Assembly: GCA_002633005.1 (NCBI GenBank)
Contig: NMRA01000098.1
Location: 858,128-922,127, forward strand
Source: Phoronis australis
Lineage: Eukaryota; Animalia; Phoronida
DNA length: 64,000 nt
Direction of reading: 5' to 3'
The notes beneath the pieces are model-generated. The model did not search any database, was not told where the DNA came from, and saw only the letters and a list, made by a program, of their open reading frames with translations. The position numbers and the translations under genes were made by a program. Below are positions 12,201 to 25,251 of this stretch, in pieces (the stretch's first letter is position 1; each line of letters opens with the position of its first letter).

Positions 12201-13128
12201 TTAAGTTAGTTTCTTGGAACGGGCCCCGGTTCCGCAAACAATAGTTCAGCGGAGCCCTCAAGTTTTTTTAAAAGTTTCTTCAGGCCTACTAAGGTTGAAA
12301 TATATTCCGTACTCAAAGACACCTGGAAGTACCAATTTGTCAACATTAATAAAAAAATTTCAATAGAAGACTTGCTCTGTTAATGATTTGTGATGCAGAA
12401 TGGTTCCTCAATCAGACGTGTAAAACGTTGACATCTCGTCTGCCGTTTGACTACTTTTCGTAAGACATAAATACAAGCCACGAAATATACAAGAAGCACA
12501 AAGAATAAAAGTATGGTAACTTCAACCATAACGATAATTAATTAATCAATGTAACAGTTGAGGAACGGTTCCGCATGTATAACTATCCTCAAACTGAATG
12601 GTTTTGCGGAGTATTTGTTCAGAGAGACGCTCGTGGTGTGTTTGGACGTGCAACGTAGTACTGATTGAGAGGAAGGTGAAGTTCATCTCTTTGACTGGTG
12701 CAGGTAAGTGACTTAGAGTAGTCGACCGATTTATATTTAATTTTTTATTCAATATAATAGGTATGTACACAATTACACAATACAATATTTTTTGTTTAGT
12801 CAAGGTTCATTTAAGGTCATTGTTGCGGTAATAGATACGAACAGAACCACTTTTCAGTTATCCTGATCTAAATTTATATTTATTTATATATTTACAAACA
12901 TGATAACAAGTTACTCAAATCTGCCCCGTAGCGGGAATACCTAACATACATAACATTATCTTACAGTGCTAATATGTACAAAGGTAATTTAACATTAAAA
13001 ACAAGTAGAAGCTATGATTCATTGATAATCAACAAAAAGGTTAAGACCTTGCCAGCGCTTTATAAATTCACAGTATTGCATTTTTTATGTATATGTACCC
13101 GTCAATGGAAATGTACAATGCGACTTTC

Positions 13129-16100
13129 TTTTAATGCGCCCAAATATTCATATGTGGACGCATTATGCCGTCAGCAATGTCCGTCCGTCCGTCTGGCCGG
13201 GCGGCGTCCGTCCAGCGTCCGCTACTCTATCTGCAAACCCTTTTCACGTATGTTCATGAAATTTTGCACGTGTTCGTTTCATAGATGGGACGGCATGAGC
13301 GAACGTTCGGACTGATCCGACTACCGATGTGCCCCTTAGTTGCAATTTTGTTTTTTTACGCTTACATCCATTTCTTCAAAGGTCCCCAATGTACTTTCAT
13401 AGAATTTGGCATTTCGGGCATCTGTTAGCGAGATGACGCTATCCTTCCGTTTTCGAATGGATTCGATATAGTTTGCACCTCCTAGTGGTCATTTTTTTAC
13501 TGTTGTCGAGTCAGTTTTTTTGGCATCCACCCCTCTATCAATCAAACCGTTCTAGGTAAGGATGGTTTTGAAAATTTGCATAATTATATGTTCTAACTAT
13601 GAAGAGGACGGCGCATGATGATTTTACGCCGACTTCGACTACTAGTTTTTTTTGCGTCCATGGCTGTATCTCCTAAACCGTTTGCATTATCTTTAATAAA
13701 TTTAGCACTGAAGTGTATTTATAAGATTTGAATAAGGACGACCACGACTTTTGGACGTACCTGACTACCAGTGTGCCCCCTAGTGGCAATTTTGTTTTTA
13801 TATTTACAGCACACATCACGAATTTTTGTCCGACCGGTCGGAAATTGGTCGACGACTGGCCGTCGACCGGTCGTCTAGCCGACCAGCAGCCGACCAACAA
13901 CGGTCGGCTAGGAGCCGTCTGCTGAGTCGCCTCTGTGGTCAGCACTTGCGTCGGCTATATGGTCGCCTAGCGTAGACGACCAATTTGGATTAAGCGTGTC
14001 CTCGGTCGGCAATTACCATTTTATGACTTAGCGATGAACTTTGGCCAAACAAACATTTAACTGTTCGCTGTTCGTTCACCAGTGGCAACTCCGGTCTTGA
14101 CATCGGTTTATCAACTTTAGTTCAACTATTGAAAGGAGGTAAAATCGAATCAACCTACAAATACGAAGTGTGTGACATTACACCAGCCTAAAACTTTATG
14201 TTGAATTAATGACGGCGTGGTAAAATCAAACGTTAAATGATATCGCGGAAGCATAATTTCTAACTTTGGATATGAGACCTTTTATATAGTACATTGTGCA
14301 TAAAAACAAGCACGAAATTTTAAATTTTACAGTAAAATTGCATAAAAAACAGAATACAACGCTGGATGTTTTACGACCTCAAGTGTTTTCATGCCGCGGA
14401 ATGCTCAACAAGTAGCACGCATTTGCGCTCATCCGTTAGTGCTCTTGATCATCACTTCATCACGCTGTATATTGCGCTTTACCACAGATAATTATTGTTT
14501 ATTTCTGTATAATTTCTTAATATGCTGTTACAGCAATAGAACCCAAGTTTATTTTAGGAACAACATTAAACAATGGTTTGAACATAGCGCCGATATTAAG
14601 ATCATGGGCGCATGAAAACGGTAGAACGTGATCGGTCTATGGTGTCATCCATCATCCATCATCATTCTGAATTTGTTGTCACTTTCGCAGTAAATATAGT
14701 TTCGAAGCTAGAGTCTTTCTATCTAGCCAGTTAGCTGAATGAAGACTATTTTCAAAATACAGCAAGGTGCCAGTGTATTGAGCTCAAACAGACCTCAAAA
14801 TTTCACACACAGCCGGGATAGTTACACTCGTCACCTCGTCGTGAAGCTTGTATTAACATATTAAGCTAAAGACCGGCGGGTGTACATGCAAAATCTGTAA
14901 GTCAATTGACATTCAACTTGCCCGTTACGGCCGTTTAAGCGAAAAACATCCGACCTCTCCCATTATATGATGACAACATCTCAGCAAAATTTGTTAAAAA
15001 ATTCGGTTTACTGATATCAAAATTCCAAAAACATATAATAAAGTGAAAACAATTCTGATCATTTGTCGAGACGTCTACGCAATCTCGAGGGAAAACGTTT
15101 GATTGAAGAATCTGGGAAAAAGAAAATGACTCATAGGTGACGCAATATTTCATTGCGTTGAAAGTCGACGCAAAAGATCACACCATAACTTTAGAAGCAG
15201 AATAATTGTAGAAAACCAATTTTTGCAACGCTGGTAAATAATTTAGATTACTCTAGGAAGATTTTATTCGGTCAGTTTTTACCCACAACGGCGCAAATTT
15301 GTATATTTAATTTAGTAAACAGCTTCGCACCAAGGCTAGAGCCTTCAGAGCTTTTCTGCGTAAGAACACAATACTTGGCGTTTCGCGTATACTCCAAGGG
15401 GTAAAACAGTGAAAATAGTATTTTCGGGCTAACTTGGTACATGTAATCTTAAAGAAAGTAGTATGTGTATTCATGTAGAGCGTAAAAATGATTAACCCAA
15501 TGATTCAAAAAGAACACTCCCGCAAACGAAAACGCACACAATTTTCCGTTCTATTACACAGGTTAAAAAACAACTTCTATAAATTTATTGCATCGATTCT
15601 AGTGATCACCAGGGCAAGTCAACACTCATAAGGGGGGCGCAATTTCAAACCTTTGGCATGAATCAGTGTTATAAAAATGGATTTAGACCGACGTTTATTC
15701 ATCAGCAAATGAATGTAGACACAACAGTTACAGACACTGACTGCCTTTGTTAACGTCTTGTGGCAATGATAAAAATAATTGATTCTACTATGATTGATAA
15801 CAAGTTTTACCTTGATGAGGTATGATGCAATATGCATGTCTAATATGCAGATCGGCAGTTGCAAAAATATTTACTGGGTTTAATGAATCCGTTTGTTATG
15901 AACCTCTGCAAAAGTATGATTACTAATTGTACATTCGAAGCACACCTCATTAGAATAAAAACATACACATGCTTGATGATCCTGGGAGTACCTCTATTAC
16001 AGGCATAAATGAAGATACATAGTTGTTAAACCAGTATAATAAGGCTTACATAATATCACACTGAGCCATCTACACCAGGCATATACAAAGGATACAGTAT

Positions 16101-19100
16101 TTCAAACGAAGCCACAACTACTCATTTTTCATACTACCCATTTTTCATAGTATTACTAAATCAGAAACACCTAGATTTATATAAGAAGTTACATAGTAAG
16201 ATGCTACATAACCTGCTCTCAAACATTTATGGAAGGCGTAAGTGGAAACATTTAACGACATATATTTTCTAAGCAAGATTAAAACCAAGCAAAACATGTT
16301 AACTCTCCAGGACCAAAAATAAATATCTCAAAACCAGAACTTTTACTTAAGCAAGAATTAAAACAATCCAATGCATTGAGATTGTTTTCACACAGACGAC
16401 CAAAAAACAAATCAAGACCAAAATTCACCACGTCAAGAATGAAAATTTATCACATCAGCACCTATAATTTATCATGTGAGGACCAAAAATTCTTCACTTC
16501 AGGATCATAATAAAATACGACCGAACTGAAAAGTTAATAAGTCGAGTTCAAGAACTTACCATGTCAGTAACTTTTCACGCCAGGACACCACGTCACTATC
16601 CCCAAGCATTGATCCTTCAAAGTGATGATAATGTCCGTACTACTCGTATAAACAAGGGCTAAGTGTTCAACCTCTCGCCGACGACAGACATACATGCATT
16701 ATCTTGGAAATGCGGTTAAATTTCTTTCGTCTAATCCTCGTTTTACAATAGATGCCAATGTATAGGTACACACTGGATTGTCATCATTGCATAATGGGTG
16801 ATCACGTAGTCTCCGAGCATGAAAACAATTCTCTCCTGGCGTGATAAGTTTTCTAACACATTAAATCCTGGTTGTCAATTGTTTTTGATTCTACAGAGAT
16901 TTCAATTCCTGAATAGAAAATGTGTGTTCTGGATTTTTCCGCTTCAGCTTTCCATTCAGCTAACTAGTGCACAGCACAGTGTTTTTAATATGCCTTGGCG
17001 GCTCCACTGCAACGAATCACTTCTGGTACGACCTTCCGTTAATGACGTTCGTATTTTGCACATTTCTTCGGGGTAACAGTTTTCAAGAGCTATAAAATTT
17101 TTCTTTGTACAAGTTTCTGTTTGGTATTCGGTTTTATTTTCTTTCTCAGATAGTCCTTCAGCTCATGCTCTGAAAGTTTTGAAAACGCAACGATACCTTT
17201 TCTGCCGATACAAGCATGATTTTTTTATTTTCACGCCAAACACGTAGTTGCCACTTGTCATTCAGCGTCACTTACTACCTAAGGTGGCCAGATCATACAC
17301 TGCAAATATCACCAGACGCTTTGCTTCTCAAAAGTGCACCTTGACGTATTTTCTATAATTTTTTCGACATCAGTCGCAATCGCTTTACCAAAGATCCACG
17401 CACATGTGCCGCGTAGAGACAAATACCTCTTCACCACGTATTCACATCTTCCCGTTCACAATTGTTTAATTTTACATAATTTGTCAATATGCTGTGGACA
17501 GAAAATATTTATTTTTGTCACAACGTGAACGACCAACTGATAGGGGCCTACGAGTACATGTAACTAAGCCAGATTTTAACGTCACCGATACATGAAAACG
17601 GAATGCGCAGAGCTGCAATTGGCTGGTGCCTCAACATTGGTCATTCCGTGTTTGATGTCACAGTCTAAGTTAGTGGAAATCGTATGATTTCGAAGTTAGG
17701 GCCATCGAAGTCCGTGGGTTTAGGGCATACTAGACCGTGAATTTGCATGGGTCAACATGGCCCGGAGTGAGAGCTCTTCGCGGTGTAACAACTCGCTCAC
17801 TATCCCATCATCATGGGTGCGTGATAGGAGAACCGTGAATAAATTTAAAAAAGCAAAAAGATGCGGTTTGGCGTTACACAAACAAAATCAATTGTGGGCG
17901 AAGACTGTCAACAATAGCTACGTTTACAAATTGACTACAGCGTTGTATTGACCGGGTAGCAGCCAATCTAATGCAACTTGTTAACGTCACGAGTCAATTT
18001 AAAGATCAAATGTAAAGAAAACTTTCACGTTTTTTTAATCCAAAACTTTTTGCATTGTCCATAATCCAATGTTTACTATAAATACCGCTTGCCTTCAACC
18101 TTCGAATTAGTGGTGTTACACAACCGAAGTGAACTCATGTAACCAAGTCAGTAAAACTAGGTAAGTTATTTGACCCCGAATATGCATCGACACCCAAAGT
18201 GGTATCAGCCTGACAACCTATTACGAACTGCTACTCTAGCCTAAAAATAGCAGCCGACCAGCTGGTCGTCTTATAGTCGGTGGGCCAGATTTTGTAGGGC
18301 CTCTAGAAAATGATTTTTGAGAATACTTTAGGGGGGCAATTTTATTTTGGTGTTTTTTAATTCATTTATTAGAGTGTTTATTAGGGCCGGTCGGCTGAGG
18401 GGTCGGCTGAAGGGTCGGCTGAGGAGTCGCCTTATGAGTCGGCACTGCGGGCGGCTGCCGGTCGGCTCATCTGGCTTATTTTTAGCCGGCCAGTCGTCGA
18501 CCAATTTCCGACCGGTCGGACAAAAATTCGTGATGTGTGCTGAAGTGTATTTATAAGATTTTGATAAAGGACGACCACGACTTTTGGACGTACCTGACTA
18601 CTAGTGTGCCCCCTAGTGGCAATTTTGTTTTTATATTTACCTCTGTATCTTCAAAAGTTAACGGATTTTAAAATTTGTAATATAAAAAAATTATTAGTGA
18701 GATGACGCTATCCTGCTGTTTTCAGATGGTATCGAGGTATTTTACGCAACCTAGTTACCATTTTTGCTGTTTTTGAGTCCAAACTCGACCAACCAAACCT
18801 TTCTAACATGGTTTTGAAAATTGGCGTATATGTTCTCAGTGTGAAGAGGACGGTTGACGATGACGACTTCCTCTACGGTGGCACCACCTCGTGGTAGTTT
18901 TGTTTTGTTTTTCGCCCATTGATGTATCTCTTAAGCCCATTGCAGGATCTTTATTAAATTTAGTAAGTGTATTTATATGAAGCTAACAATAGACGACGAC
19001 GACGTTTAGAGGGATCGTTGTGCCCGTTAGTGGCAATTTCATTTTTTCCATTTTCTTCTGTTTCTCTGTAGTTCCTGGATAGAGTTTTGTGAAATTTGGT

Positions 19101-19260
19101 AAACACCTTTCTATTAAAGAAGCGAAGGCATGTTCACGTTTTCGGATAGATTGGACATTTTGCGCCATCTAGTGGCCTTGTGATACAGATAAACAACCCT
19201 AGAAGCATCCTGTTTGCGATGCATTAGTGGGCGCATTTAACCACTCCGCGTTAATCTTGT
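13129..19260 (+). mobile_element. Helentron/DINE-1-like (HINE) non-autonomous element, interrupted by a 4.7-kb insertion
   Basis: T-run start; subTIR taatgcgccca (13132) with a nearby inverted partner (13155-13165); GTCC microsatellite (~13179-13192); internal subrepeats with cccctagtggcaatttt; 3' subTIR tgggcgcatt (19228) plus small hairpin and cttgt end. Confidence 0.6.
13807..18542. mobile_element. 4.7-kb TIR DNA element with CCGACC/GGTCGG subterminal repeats (EnSpm/CACTA-like architecture), no intact transposase
   Basis: Perfect ~56-bp TIR cagcacacatcacgaatttttgtccgaccggtcggaaattggtcgacgactggccg at both ends. Confidence 0.8.
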
Positions 19261-19263
19261 CAA

Positions 19264-20895
19264 AGGAGAATGCCACTCGATTTAATTAGCCTTTTTTACC
19301 GTCTTAATCGGTCCAAATCCACGTCGCCTCTTATACGGTCAACCTCACCTTGCCGAGAGGTGTCGCGTTAACCTGTGGGGAAGGTGAGAAACGACGCAGC
19401 GACGTCAATGGTTCGTCTGCAGAGTGCATGCTCTATATCGCGGTGCCGGCATCGTTCCCGCTTGTCCGAACTATGAAGCTGCGAAGAAAGTGGGTATATC
19501 GTTGTTTTACTTCTTCGAGAGCCCGAACCGCTTAGGAAGTGGATCGCGGTAGTGAAGAATCAGAAAAGTACGCTGGTAATAGCAAGTATGAGGCCGTGAA
19601 ACATCTCTGTGTCTGTAGCCGGCATTTCGTCGACAGTGATTCTTTGACGAATTCCCGCTTACCAAAGAACTATCCATACGTTCCGTTGTCTGAGCATGTT
19701 CACGGCGCCTCTCTAGTATTTCATGATCAATGTATTCCGGCTCGAACTGATAGCCTGTGAAACCTAACGATCCGACCCGTGAAGTCTTCGTCGGATGAGC
19801 TCTTGACTAAGTCGGGATTGGCGCAAGGGGAGTTGCCATGAAGACGTTTATTATTCTGCGTTCTGTTTCAAATTGAATAATTCTCATCCTAACCAATGCT
19901 TATATAAAACTTGAACAAAGTCTGTTTCTCTAGATACAATTTGTAATGCCTTTGCAGTATTCGTGACTGAGTGCAAAGGTTGAGAAGCCAGCAATGAATA
20001 AACTAAGGCGTTACCGGCTTTTGATGCCGGCAATAAAGGTAATTGACCGGGCACCAAGGCCGTGTAAGCGCATGCTAATTCAGTGTTTGCTGACAGAAAG
20101 CTGTTGTGAATCAATTACTCTATTTTATATGCTATGGTCACATGTTAGGGGAATCTTTATTTAGAAATACAAATACATTATTCGAATCATTGTTACTGTA
20201 CAACCTTTGCCCTGTCGGTCTGTGGAAGAGGAACCCGACTTCGCGGCCCAGACCAGTAAATAGATTTTCAGTTTCGTGGCTAATTCTCATAAATAATTAC
20301 GTGCACATTATTTCTTTGGCTCACTATTATAGTGTTTTCGTGACTGGAGGTTTAGTTTCCAACTCAAGCTGGTTTATGTTCGTGTCAGTACCGGCGGCCG
20401 TGACGGGCCTGATCGCGTACCGAGCCGCTGGCCGGTATAACGCTTAACAAGCGTTTTGTGTTTAGAACTCAAAAAATCATTCCTCTAAACAACACAGATC
20501 TAGGTTCTCCTGTCTGTATTTAACGGAAGAATACTTCGAATTTATCTCCGAAATTGGCATGCCGAACTTTGTAGGCTACTAAATACCAATAAATCCGTAA
20601 CAGCGAAATAAAACAACACGTTTCTATAAGAACTCGGTGTATTTGTAAGGGTTTTACATCGAAGTTTGGTGATTTGTTGGTGTTAAACGATTAATTCAAG
20701 CGATACGCTGACACCAGTAACCCGTGTTGTGAACTGCTAACAGACTGCGTGTGAAACCAATGACGTCATTGGATAACTTCAACACCTCAGTCTGCCGTAA
20801 GGTGTCAGGCAACGCAACCGAACGTGCCGTTATCGAGCGAAACTAATCGATCTAAATTGATACAAAATGGGTTGTTTTTTAGGTGGCATTCTCCT
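19264..20895 (+). mobile_element. Kolobok-like DNA transposon derivative with a THAP zinc-finger remnant
   Basis: TIR aggagaatgccac / gtggcattctcct with tcaa/ttaa flanks; frameshifted THAP motifs IVPACPN...GISLFYF, RKWIAVVK, VCSRHFVDSD...VP at ~19445-19690. Confidence 0.7.
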
Positions 20896-22759
20896 TTAAA
20901 CAGTGCAAGGTAGCTATTTTTGCAGTTTAACTTTTGTTTATGAATGTGTTAGTTGCCGAAGCAAAGGATCATACTGTGAAAAACCGCTTTCACCTGAACA
21001 TCAAACAGAGCTGACTGTAAGGACAGTTCTAAACTATGTCCAACGTCATTTATGAGCCTGTCATTTACATTAGTCGAAAACTGTTGAGTAACGTTACAAG
21101 ACCAAAACACATAGACAATATATTCACTTTCATATAGGCAAATTTGCACAGTGAGATATCAATTATGCCAATCTTGTGGAAAATTTATTACAGCCCATAA
21201 TTCTGTGAACCAGCCTAAATTGGAACTATCTCAGAGAAACATCGTACGTGAATGAACAGATGTAGAAAAAAAACATTGTACCAACATTCTGTGGTATCCG
21301 GGATATTTAATTTCTCAATCCAATTCATTTGTCACTTTGTTTTTTTCGAAATTTTGAGAAAGAATAACTTGGTAAATTACGTTTACTCTTTTGACATCTC
21401 CCAAAAAACCTCAACGTATGGTGGACTACGGTGTAAAATTACTTGACGCTTTCTCTCTCTTGGTTGAGCTTCGTAAACCATAAAAAGTTGCTTGAGGGGT
21501 AAAGTCAAATTTCTGTATATTAAAAACCCTCATAATTAAGGAAACAAATATCAGAATTAAGTATGTCGTGTACATGAGTTTTGTCTCTTTGAAGCCACTG
21601 TTTATAGAAAAGTGGCTTGTTATCTATCAATATATTCGAATTATTTCATAGACGCTGATGAATACCATCGTTTTCGGAAAATAATAATCTGAATTCATGT
21701 ACACATTGAAAAACCTCTTTAAAAACACATTAGTAGTCATTTCGGATATTTTTGTTAAACAGAAATCCCCGAACAGTAAATATTTTTTGAAACTCTTGAT
21801 AACAGACCATTTGCTTAAAATGTCAATGGACTTGTGGTACTTTGACAGTAGTCTACAAAACCAAGTTTATTGAATGGCTTCCATAAAAAGTGACGTCAAT
21901 CAGTCTGTCCACCAATATTATACTCTTGAGCCATAGTCTTACGTGAACGTTTTTCCGTTTTACCCATCCATTCAAAACAGTAGTCAAAGAACATTTTGTT
22001 CAGATGCTTCAGGAAGGCCTATGAAGAGGACGGGAAAATTGTAAAAAGATGAATAGTTTTTGGCATAATTATAGATTTCACAACGATTATTCTTCTTAAA
22101 AGTGTCAGAAGTTTTTGCTTGTTCTTGTAATTTTCGGTGAATCGAATTGAACCTGTAGCCATCCGGGCATTCATTTTCTGAAAGACGCTTGATAATGGTG
22201 CAGGATGTTTTACCACCGACACGTGCCGCTACATTTTAGAAAAGTTGTCTTTATTCAAACTTTACTTGTGCTCGTCAGATTGAGATTTTGTGCTTAACTG
22301 TTTTATTCAAATTAAATATGGGCAACTGGACTACTTACAAAATTGAATTCTTAGCACCTTGGAAGCTTCACGACTCCTTGAAAGAAAAAGTGGAGATCGT
22401 GCTCATTCGACAAAAAGTTCGTCTATTTCCGTCTGATGATCTTATGTACATTACTGCCTTTAGTAATACATACATTTAGATACAACGTCGTACGAAAAAT
22501 GTCGAATGTTTACTATTATTATCAAATGAGCGTCCTGAAGATTGCTGGTAACCGTCGTCTTTTATCTTCTCACGAGATTTCGTCTGGTTAGCAACTCACG
22601 AAAACTCTCATCTCAACCAGATGGCACTTTGAACCGAACTGCACCTGATTGGAGTGATTTGATGAACAAAGCCTGCTGAACACTAGCACTTCAATCACCA
22701 CTCTCAAAAATAACTTTAAATGCATACTACTACTCAAGAGTTGCCAGTCCCATTGACAT

Positions 22760-23290
22760 CATTCCAACTTCCTCACAACCATGAAGTAACCCTATACAGA
22801 TCAATATGCGGTCTATTCCTAAACAACGAGAAATTTAGACATAATTTTAATAATATTTCGCCGCTGTGTTCCTTTGGAGACACACAGACATATTCTCATG
22901 TTTTCTTTGCTTGTGACGTATGCAAGGAGCAGAGGGTACAGCTTTTCCAGACACTCGAACAATACCCCAACATTTACAAAAAATATTCTGAAATTTCGCA
23001 ATTGTACAACAATTTTTTTTTTCATATGGATGTCAAAAACTCTACCCAAATGAAAATAAAGGTTTTATTTGAAATAATATCAGAATTTCTTTATGACATT
23101 AAATCTCTTTGTGCGAGTGGATAGAATTGTATACGTGTATGAAAATGAATTATTTACATTCGTAGTTATATCATTGTAATCTTAACATCAGTTTTTTAAT
23201 TATGTATTCGTGTATTATAATTGTATATAGACTTCTTTATATTTTTTTAACCCAGATCTAATGCCTCTTGGCGCTTTCTGGGTTATGTAT
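22760..23290 (+). mobile_element. LINE 3' fragment (ORF2 C-terminal Cys/His region plus AT-rich tail)
   Basis: Translates LN..FRHNF...SPLCSFGDTQTYSHVFFAC...EQR..LF, typical of CR1/L2-group ORF2 C-termini; second copy at 8120. Confidence 0.7.
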
Positions 23291-23886
23291 ATTCATTGTA
23301 TTCTGAAGATTTGACGTTACAAAGGCCTGTGATGAGAGTTGGTAAAGGCAACTGGAATCGTATCACGGCAAAGAATTAGTGAGACTGATTTCATCAGAAT
23401 AAAAGGTTTACTTCGAGTTCACTTTTAGCGGACTTAAGAGAGCAAAATGTGACATAAAACAAGAAGGAATGATTTTGCTTCTGTAGAGCTCTCATCGAAG
23501 CTAATATCAAGATGTCAATCCTATCATAATTGAGTTAAAGTGTAAACTGCAGAACGTCTATGATTAATAGTAACCATCTCCTCCAGAGGTGGCGTTGCTG
23601 CTGACACCATGGTGCTTTAGTTGTTGTTCCTGGAGTGGGTCCATTGGCGGCTGTTTTGTTAATTGTTTGCGTAGTTTCTTCGGTCACGTCGACTTCATCA
23701 GATGGATATTCAACTTCCTAGCAGCTTTCAGCCCTTAATCCATAACTCGCTCTGCTGGCGGGCTCACAGTGAGTTCCAGTCACTGTGCATTGAAATACGA
23801 CCTCTAAGATGGTTCTGATCTATTGTACCACAGTCAACACGAGGCTTTCTCCGCTACCTTACTCAATGCACGAATAGCTGTCTTCC

Positions 23887-25251
23887 AACACTAAAATTGC
23901 GGGAACTCTAAAGTGGCATGTAGGCATTTTTAATGATTTGAGTTGTTGACTCGTTTGGTAACCATTAAGGATCTTACGAGCTTAGTAATATTTTAAACCT
24001 TTAAACGCTGCTGTTAGGAATTCATAACCGTGGCCGCTCGAGGGCGTTGAAATACAACTTTGATGGAAATGAATTTATTCAATACCTTATGATGCTCTTT
24101 CAAATATTCGAGCTTTGTTGCGGCACGGGGAGGAGGGCTTGTTGCTAACGTACTCTTTTGCAGCGGAATGCTGTTCTTCACTTTTCACAACTGAAAACAC
24201 AAATGAACCAGTAGCAGAAACGCCACCAAGATCGGAAAGGCAAAAACATTTAGTGTTGCGTCAATTAATAATTTATTTGCACGTCACTGGCATTTAACTT
24301 TAAAGCAATTTCGCAGTTTAAAAGAAATTTTACTAAAGTATCGACTTACGCTGCGTGAGGGTGAGAGTCACCGCACGCTGGCTCTGTTTCGTTAGGCTTG
24401 TGGGATTCCTAACGTGTGATACATTCACACTCTCTGCATGTCCCTCTTCCTGCTGTCACCGTTTATTTCCCTGTTTATTTCGCGTCATATTTGTTCATTC
24501 CACTTATTGCCCGATGATGAAACATGCAGGCTCGAAATATATTTCGAAGTTTGCATTAAAAAAGGAAAAATCATTGAAGATAATTCAGTCAATTGTTTGG
24601 TATGAGTTTCTGAAAAAATGTGAAATGGCAGCTAAAAAATAAGCGTGTGTAATAAGGTTGTTTACACGGTTAGTAAAAAGGCCCTTTGTAAGACCAACTA
24701 AGGAACCGCTCACAATCTTCTCGCTAGTTTCAAGAGCGTACAAACAGGTACGTTTTTCCAGACTCCCGCAGCATATACCGATATTTTAGTATGGTATCTT
24801 TTAAAATGCATGTGTACTTTAAATGCCCGTGACATGCAAACAAATTATTAATTGGGCATTGGTGACGTTCCTGCAACTAGTTGTTTCATGTTTTAGTTGT
24901 AACAAGTAAAAAGAACCTTTGGCGACAAAAGAATACGTTGACAGCTAGCCCTCCTCCCCCGACGATAATTGTGAACTGTCTCAAATGCAGTTTTGTGCAT
25001 AGTATGCGGCAACAAAGTTCGAATATTTGAAAGACCATTGTAAGGCATTTGACTAAAATCGTTTTCATTAAAGTTGTATTTCGACGACGTTAAGCTGTCA
25101 AGGTTATGAATTCATAACCGGAGCGTTTTAGGATTTGAAAACATTACTAAGTTCATCCGGTCTTGAATGGTTACCGAACAAGTCACCAACTCAGATAATT
25201 AAAGTAAATGGCTACGTAATGCTATTTTAGCCTTCCCGCAATTTTAGTGTT
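23887..25251. mobile_element. Old element bounded by ~145-bp diverged inverted repeats
   Basis: 23887-24029 (aacactaaaattgcggga...gaattcataacc) is inverted at 25102-25251. Confidence 0.6.

Larger units (their letters stand above)
10514..12227. mobile_element. ~250-bp PIF/Harbinger-like MITE split by a nested insertion
   Basis: 10514-10740 plus 12205-12227 reconstruct the same element as 51688-51937; TIR ggggcccgtt / aacgggcccc. Confidence 0.8.

Noticed and set aside
16700-17350. Possible coding remnant inside the 4.7-kb TIR element (minus strand)
   Set aside because: Multiple stops in the frames read and no recognisable transposase or RT motif.
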